Positions 57,990 to 64,000 of a stretch of 64,000 nucleotides of DNA are shown one piece after another. The position numbers were made by a program, and so were the translations under genes. Positions within the stretch are counted from its first letter, which is position 1. Each line of letters opens with the position of its first letter. This stretch comes from a virus (Duplodnaviria > Heunggongvirae > Uroviricota > Caudoviricetes): the IMG/VR virus record IMGVR_UViG_3300033150_000619; one strand, written 5' to 3'. The notes below the pieces were generated by a model. That model saw nothing but the letters and a program-made list of their open reading frames with translations. It searched no databases and was not told where the DNA came from.

Positions 57990-58871
57990 TTACTCAGGTA
58001 CTCTTTCGTATACCTTAGTACTTGAAGGTAGTCCTGCATCATCCTTAAGATTGAAGGTTATTAGTGGAGTAGTACCATCAGTATCATAGAATGTCATCTT
58101 ATTGGTGGACGTATCTATCTTCCACCTGCCCATTTCCATTTGATATATAGAAGACACCTGTGCTAACATAGTCTGTTCGTCTATGATGATTCCTTGTGAT
58201 GTTACCTGGAACTCCATTCCTACATATCCCTGATCTGGTATAACCCACCTAGGAGAGCCGTCATCTGTGATTAGAGTTCCACTTACAAACGATTCATAAT
58301 CATCACTCGCTACTGTCTGTCCCGCTGTTAAAGTAACTATGGTATTACCTAGGCTATCTTTAATGATTATATCACCAGCGGTGGCTGCAGATAGTAGGAC
58401 GTAATATATACCACTGTTATACCCTCTGGCAGTGAAATCTATTGGTGATCCACTCTTAGTGATATCAACTGGATTCGTTCCATTAAGTGTGATAGCATCC
58501 GATACATCTGGATCTCCTGTATCATCATAGCCGTAGACTGTAATGGTTTGTGTAGTGTCACCAGAATCTGTGGATTCTGCTGTTATTTTAGTAGAGTCAC
58601 TGTCAATTGCATTGAAGCTATGTCCTGAAGTAGCCCATGGCTTAATCTTCCAGTTGTTGACTAAACTGTACACAGAGTCAGTGTACGCTCCTCCACCCAG
58701 CGGGGCTTTACCGGTAGATGACATAGGAACGTCGTATCCCATATTTTGTACTTCATCACACCAGTCCATTGATTCATCATATAATTCCTGACCGCTGTAG
58801 ACAATGTGTGGTTCATTAACTAATATGCACTTAGTAGCAGGATCGAAGGTAAACTTAGATGTCAACGGCAC
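57990..58871 (-). CDS. tail-fibre-like protein
   Basis: 293 aa, Thr/Gly/Asp/Ser-rich, typical of phage fibre or adhesin composition. Confidence 0.4.
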   Translation of the reverse strand: MPLTSKFTFDPATKCILVNEPHIVYSGQELYDESMDWCDEVQNMGYDVPMSSTGKAPLGGGAYTDSVYSLVNNWKIKPWATSGHSFNAIDSDSTKITAESTDSGDTTQTITVYGYDDTGDPDVSDAITLNGTNPVDITKSGSPIDFTARGYNSGIYYVLLSAATAGDIIIKDSLGNTIVTLTAGQTVASDDYESFVSGTLITDDGSPRWVIPDQGYVGMEFQVTSQGIIIDEQTMLAQVSSIYQMEMGRWKIDTSTNKMTFYDTDGTTPLITFNLKDDAGLPSSTKVYERVPE

Positions 58872-59100
58872 TCCCTATATAGGAATGATCACACTGTGCT
58901 TTATTGTTTATTCTCATTCCTTTCTATAAGAGAAATATAGAAACTGTACTCGGTTATAGTCTGCTTTTCCTTAGCAATGGCTTCTTCGTACATCTTGATA
59001 TTATCTTCTGCCCTGGCTATATTCCTTTTCAGAGCTTCTTTGTCATAGTTGAGGATGGTTTTTAGCTGTCTTTCTGTATATCCCACAGTCATTACACCTT

Positions 59101-62100
59101 CTATGATACTATCGAGTCTGTTGTTCTGGTTGCTGGAATACTTACTCCATCGCTGTCGAAGTCTGATTCTATCTCAAACGGAATGATGCCTTTCTTCCTA
59201 ACCCTGGCTAAGATGTCTCTATCTGTGGTGTATATTACCGTAACTGTTTCTGTTGATCCAGTAGCCTGCTTGTCTATGAACGGAATATATGCTGTGTCTG
59301 ATCCAGTTAGTGTCTCTGGGATGGTATGGAAACTGTATGTGTCTCCGCTGTCCCATGTATTTCCAGATCCACCGGACAGTGCTGTAGTTGTTACTTGTCC
59401 AGCTGCAACTGTAACAGCGTAGGCATAGCTACCATCTGTTTCATTACATACTATATCTCCATAGATGATACCATTGTTAACAAAGTCACCGTCTGCATCA
59501 TATAGTATTGTTGCACCACCGTTCTGGTCTGTCGTCGAAGTCACCTTGGTTCTTAGCGTAACTGTGTCGCTACTCCACGATGCATACCTAATCCTGTACT
59601 CTAAGGACTCTGAGTCATCAACTATTCTGAGTACACCGGTCGTTGGAGTGTCGTCATCTAGTGAAGCTGTCATTACTACTGAGCTACCATACTGTGAACC
59701 ACTGGATACTGTGTATATGTCCTTATCTATTTCTCCACCATTACCGGTCAGTCTAAATACAGTTACTCTATCTCCTGACTCCAGACCTGTGATAGTTATT
59801 GGCTGCTTGTTTGGAGGATTGCGTACTGATCCATCTGAGTCGATAAGGGAATATGCCTGCTCGTCAGAAGTAGCCATGTTCTCAATCCATACACCCTGTG
59901 CACCGAAGAATACACCTCCGGCAAAGGTACCGAATGGACTTGCTGCCTTTTCTGCATAACCATAGTATGCTGTGGTATACTCTTCTCCAACTTCTGGATT
60001 ATAGATTTCCCACATGTATCCCTGCCCTATTACTGGGTCAGTTGTAGTTGATGAGAACGATGAGACTCTGGCTCTTACCCAATAATAGTCTTGTTCAACT
60101 GTACCGTCACCATCACCTGCTGCCCAGTTTGTGGGCATATCCCACCAAACGGCATACCATCCAGTTCCTGAGCCATCGAAATCACCAGCACCTGTTTGAC
60201 TCTCTCCTTCACCGGCGTCTCCATTGTGTGTTACAGCAGTCCATGTAGAACCATTGTAATATTCCCACGTGATGGTGTTAGCATGGTCTCCTTCTGTAGT
60301 CAGATTATACCATACCTTATTGAATTTCTCAGTTGATCCAAAGTACAATGCATCTTCTTGTTCAGTCATATCAAAGAGTACGTCATCCGCTGTGTCACTA
60401 ATCCAATCGGACGTCTCATCTGTATAGGACGTTCCAGTCTCGTTATAGAAGTAGACCTTACCCCACGGTCTCTGTACTTTGTATATACTTGTACTACTAT
60501 CCCATCTATTTACAAACTTAAGGTATTCATATAACTCTGCAACGGTATGTGGAGCCATGTGGTAGCTCTGTGTACCTGCAATATCGTAGTAGTTCATATC
60601 TATGATTACGTCATAGTTGTATGAGCTGCCTAACTCGTAATTCTTTGTTGTTGTGTGTATTATTTCACCTGTACCATCAGCAACTGCGTGGGTTGTGAAC
60701 CCCCCGCCAGTGGCATCTTCGACCTGTAAGTTTTCATCGTCTTGGAATGGACCAGTTACATTCCCTAAAGTTAGAGTACCGCTAGTTCCCTGATCATTGT
60801 CTGCTATAACTATACCGAATGAACCAGAAGTAGCTCCTTTAACTATATCTCCCACACTGAAGTTTACTGTCTGTCCATCATATGCTAAGTCCAAGTTTAC
60901 ATTCTGTATTTTGATATCACTATAGCCAGATACACAGTGTACGGAGTAGCCTGCTATAGTCTGACCCATCGCAGACCCTGATGTCATGTTGACATCTGCG
61001 GTATTTGTACCATCAGATATAGTCTCATCATCTACATACTTGTGATAGTGGTACTGTTCGTCCTGTAAGTTTGTTTCAGATGAAGGAGAAGCTCTTAGTA
61101 CTAATGCGGAGTTAGTTGAGTCTTTACCAACCAGTAACCTGCGTGCTGTTGAACCTGACGTAGCGTAGTATATTGTATTGGTTGTAAGTGTACCCGATTC
61201 ATTATCAAAGTACATGAATGTATCTCCAACACAACCAGCAGTACTGTCACCGTTTGCGACCCCTCTAGTTGCTCCTGATACCTGTAGGTTTTCATTATCT
61301 GTAAAGTCACCAGAAACACCGATAAGCCTTAGTACGCCTTCTGTTCCCCAATCTGTAACTGCCAGTATTTCAGCTTCAGAACCTGATGATGCCCCTACAA
61401 TAATGTCCCCTGCAGCAAATCCACCGCCAGTTTCTCCATCGTATAGTAGGAAGTAATCTCCTGTGTCGTCTTGATCTAGGTCAGTAGATGTAGCCAACGG
61501 TACCGCGTTACGACCGCCTGCACTCAAGTCAATTTCGAAGTGGTTGTATAAGTCTCCTCCTTGCCTAGCGAACACAGTAACAACTGCACCATCAATCTCT
61601 ACTCCCATCTCTTTGACTTGTATAACAATGTCTATATGTCCTCTATCCCAGTTTGTTAAACTTGACCACTCTGCAATAGCCTCTTTGTTCTGGAAGACAT
61701 ATATTTGGGGATATGGATTTGTTGCAATGGTACCTAGAGTATAGATGTTAGCAAACAACTCATCTCCAGACAATGTACCATTAACGTCTTTTATACTACC
61801 ATAGCTTACTCCACCAACGTCAATGGTATTGGTTGTATCTGAGAATACGTCACCTGTGTCATCCTGTCTAACCCATAGATAGTGGTTTGTATTGTTATAT
61901 CCTATCAAAACACCAGTTGAGCCATCTCCACCTGAATTATAGTCAACGACATCTCCAATATCTCCAGAAGTGAGGGTGCCACCAGTCCATGCTTCAAGTT
62001 TTAATAATCTAATGACATTCGTTTGACCACTTGTTGCGATCGCTCCGCCTCTTAGGTATTTGTGGGCATTGGAATCGTCTCCTATATCAAGCCACCAACC

Positions 62101-62286
62101 ATTCACCATCGTATACTCAGTTGGCGTTTGAGCTGTCATAGGAACTTCGTCATCCATCTGGACTAGTTCGTCAAACGTATCCTGTAACCATGAGTATAAG
62201 GCATTAACAGTATAGACAGTTGTACCACTTGTATGATGTATCCTCTTGTAGTTGTAGTCTATACTGAAGTCATCACCTATAGCCAT
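59101..62286 (-). CDS. large fibre/adhesin-like protein (putative receptor binding)
   Basis: 1061 aa, very rich in Thr/Gly/Ser/Asp/Tyr/Asn, no enzymatic motif; largest gene of the distal module. Confidence 0.45.
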   Translation of the reverse strand: MAIGDDFSIDYNYKRIHHTSGTTVYTVNALYSWLQDTFDELVQMDDEVPMTAQTPTEYTMVNGWWLDIGDDSNAHKYLRGGAIATSGQTNVIRLLKLEAWTGGTLTSGDIGDVVDYNSGGDGSTGVLIGYNNTNHYLWVRQDDTGDVFSDTTNTIDVGGVSYGSIKDVNGTLSGDELFANIYTLGTIATNPYPQIYVFQNKEAIAEWSSLTNWDRGHIDIVIQVKEMGVEIDGAVVTVFARQGGDLYNHFEIDLSAGGRNAVPLATSTDLDQDDTGDYFLLYDGETGGGFAAGDIIVGASSGSEAEILAVTDWGTEGVLRLIGVSGDFTDNENLQVSGATRGVANGDSTAGCVGDTFMYFDNESGTLTTNTIYYATSGSTARRLLVGKDSTNSALVLRASPSSETNLQDEQYHYHKYVDDETISDGTNTADVNMTSGSAMGQTIAGYSVHCVSGYSDIKIQNVNLDLAYDGQTVNFSVGDIVKGATSGSFGIVIADNDQGTSGTLTLGNVTGPFQDDENLQVEDATGGGFTTHAVADGTGEIIHTTTKNYELGSSYNYDVIIDMNYYDIAGTQSYHMAPHTVAELYEYLKFVNRWDSSTSIYKVQRPWGKVYFYNETGTSYTDETSDWISDTADDVLFDMTEQEDALYFGSTEKFNKVWYNLTTEGDHANTITWEYYNGSTWTAVTHNGDAGEGESQTGAGDFDGSGTGWYAVWWDMPTNWAAGDGDGTVEQDYYWVRARVSSFSSTTTDPVIGQGYMWEIYNPEVGEEYTTAYYGYAEKAASPFGTFAGGVFFGAQGVWIENMATSDEQAYSLIDSDGSVRNPPNKQPITITGLESGDRVTVFRLTGNGGEIDKDIYTVSSGSQYGSSVVMTASLDDDTPTTGVLRIVDDSESLEYRIRYASWSSDTVTLRTKVTSTTDQNGGATILYDADGDFVNNGIIYGDIVCNETDGSYAYAVTVAAGQVTTTALSGGSGNTWDSGDTYSFHTIPETLTGSDTAYIPFIDKQATGSTETVTVIYTTDRDILARVRKKGIIPFEIESDFDSDGVSIPATRTTDSIVS

Positions 62287-62332
62287 TGCTTTCTCTCCCT
62301 AACAACATATACCATGGAGACAATATTAAATA

Positions 62333-64000
62333 TTATCCACCAATGGTATCTTCGACCAGTGTAATAGTTATACTGTAACTTCCAGTGAATGATGCTGATA
62401 CATTGGCTGGGAGGTATCGTGTGCCGGAGTCTGGCGAATGTCTTACTCTAATTATGGCATTTACCGTACCACCTGGATGGTTATATGATAGGGAAACATT
62501 ACCATCGCTATCTGTATTGCTGTTGATTAAGGGTACAGTAAATGTGTCTGATCCATCATATGACTGCGCAAGGCTGCAAATACTATATGTATCGCCGGTA
62601 TCCCAATGATTATCGGTGCCATCGATTAGTGGAGAATGAGCAATATGATCAGCGTCAATAATCTTAGTTACTTGTGCCCATGAACCATCCGTTTCATTGA
62701 CAATCATATCTCCCTCTTCAATATCAGATGTTAAGAAGTTAACACCACTATCATAAAGGACTGTTGGAGAATCATCAGTGTTATCTGCCTGGGCAGTAGT
62801 TTCGGGTGGGAACGTAAATACAGTACTAGACCTTGAAGCATATCTATACCAGTGCCATTCCTTTTCGTCAACTGCTCTAACAGTTATCCATCCACTAGAT
62901 GGCGTATCAGAATCTACTGAGGCTGATGCCTCAAATGTAGTGTCTCCTTGGCTGTTGTTAGTTGCATGGCTATAATAAGTAGTTGGGTTAGTCTTTTGCA
63001 TATATACCTGTGCCCCTTCGACACTATTCCCATCACCATTTTCAATATGGATATCTATCGATACTGTAGTCTCAAAGGATACTGTTGAACCCGCCGGGTT
63101 GTATGAACTTGCATTGCTATCAGTATTAGTTACTGTTATTGCACTGCCTGATGAGTTATAAACATCATAGGTATTGTTTGTAAATGTTAGATTGTTGAAT
63201 CCAATTGCAGATGCCACACTGATCTCAATAGCATCTGGATTACTGATAAAGCTACAGTAGGTAATATTGTGTGATGCAGATTCTATCAACACCGTGCCGT
63301 TACCAGCCGTTGGACCGGAGATGAAGTTACAGTTCGTTACATCCATTGTGTTTGGTTGGAACTGTCCCTGTCCATTAACAAAGTTACAGTTAAGAACTTC
63401 TAGATTTGTACCATCTGGCTGTAGGTCTATAGTTCCATAAGTATCAAAAGTTGAACCATATAATCCAAAATCATCTACATCTGTGTCTGTGGCAGTAAAC
63501 TCAAAGGCAAGGGTTGTAGCATTACATCTTATCGTACATCCGTTTATTCCCGCCGTGCCTGACTTTTCACCTAGCTCAAACCTCTGTGTTGCTCCGGTTG
63601 AGTTGCCCACTACTGTAATGGAGTATAGTGATGAAGATATGTAATCACTCTTATCTTCGAATATTACTACCTGGTTCTTGGCTACAAAGTCACTGCTGGA
63701 CGTACCAGTATCTCCTATGGTGAGGCTACCTGATGCGTAGTATATTCCTCCAAACTTCTTTAATACACCCCATCCACCGGTTGTTGCACTATCAGCTAGG
63801 TAGATGTCTTCAAAGTCAAATGAACTTCCACCATCGTCTCCATAGGCTGTCAATCCATCACAGTATATTAGGTTGTCCCACCAGAAGTTGTCTGTGTTCT
63901 TTGCAGTACTGGTTAAGTTTATTCTGATTATGATATCTGTTATAGCATTCATACTTGTTGGTTTTGTACCAGAGTCTACAGCCGTTGAAATATCTATAAT
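62333..64000 (-). CDS. parallel beta-helix repeat protein (tailspike/depolymerase-like or adhesin); N-terminus probably beyond window end
   Basis: More than 539 aa; repeated NCNF / ITYCSF / NLTFTNN rungs typical of right-handed beta-helix; the reading frame stays open upstream of the annotated Met to position 64000. Confidence 0.5.
   Translation of the reverse strand: MIDISTAVDSGTKPTSMNAITDIIIRINLTSTAKNTDNFWWDNLIYCDGLTAYGDDGGSSFDFEDIYLADSATTGGWGVLKKFGGIYYASGSLTIGDTGTSSSDFVAKNQVVIFEDKSDYISSSLYSITVVGNSTGATQRFELGEKSGTAGINGCTIRCNATTLAFEFTATDTDVDDFGLYGSTFDTYGTIDLQPDGTNLEVLNCNFVNGQGQFQPNTMDVTNCNFISGPTAGNGTVLIESASHNITYCSFISNPDAIEISVASAIGFNNLTFTNNTYDVYNSSGSAITVTNTDSNASSYNPAGSTVSFETTVSIDIHIENGDGNSVEGAQVYMQKTNPTTYYSHATNNSQGDTTFEASASVDSDTPSSGWITVRAVDEKEWHWYRYASRSSTVFTFPPETTAQADNTDDSPTVLYDSGVNFLTSDIEEGDMIVNETDGSWAQVTKIIDADHIAHSPLIDGTDNHWDTGDTYSICSLAQSYDGSDTFTVPLINSNTDSDGNVSLSYNHPGGTVNAIIRVRHSPDSGTRYLPANVSASFTGSYSITITLVEDTIGG

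Noticed and set aside
59465-59959. 164-aa plus-strand ORF
   Set aside because: Antisense within the 1061-aa fibre-like gene; Ser/Val/Pro-rich mirror-frame artefact.
1-64000. CRISPR arrays
   Set aside because: No regularly spaced direct repeats with unique spacers. The tandem repeats found (3011-3062, 35126-35190) are single duplications, in one case in-frame coding.

Overview
The window is gene-dense (about 100 tightly packed ORFs), AT-rich (roughly 38-40% GC by eye) and almost entirely transcribed from the minus strand. The only plus-strand genes are a two-gene block at 53146-55668. The content is viral: either a virus genome segment or an integrated provirus. It carries a nucleotide-metabolism and replication toolkit: an anaerobic class III ribonucleotide reductase (NrdD) interrupted by three inteins, a 587-aa ATP-dependent DNA ligase, two RNA-ligase-like nucleotidyltransferases, a KaiC/RecA-like ATPase, a MoxR(AAA_5) ATPase with a VWA-domain partner, a radical SAM enzyme, a metallophosphoesterase and an HNH endonuclease. 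Accessory genes include a serpin, an SPFH/band-7 protein and a ChaB-domain fusion. There is a canonical tRNA-Thr with encoded CCA and a tRNA-Gln-like gene. A module of large Thr/Ser/Gly-rich, beta-helix-containing proteins at 56-64 kb looks like tail fibres or adhesins; no capsid, portal or terminase lies in the window. Two sequence-level features stand out. First, a perfectly conserved palindrome ACTTAGATCTAAGT occurs at least 10 times inside unrelated coding sequences across the window, far above chance expectation. Second, a compositionally distinct island at 43.7-47.2 kb holds small genes that each sit behind a conserved cassette: a palindromic hairpin GAAACGG-N10-12-CCGTTTC plus a TTAAATAC box placed 24-25 nt upstream of a leaderless ATG, which is archaeal TATA-box spacing. 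That island is the one long stretch that lacks the dispersed palindrome. Host domain is unresolved: the TATA/leaderless spacing and the KaiC-like and archaeal-size ligase genes point to an archaeal virus, while the encoded CCA on tRNA-Thr and the frequent GGAG Shine-Dalgarno sites would also fit an AT-rich bacteriophage.
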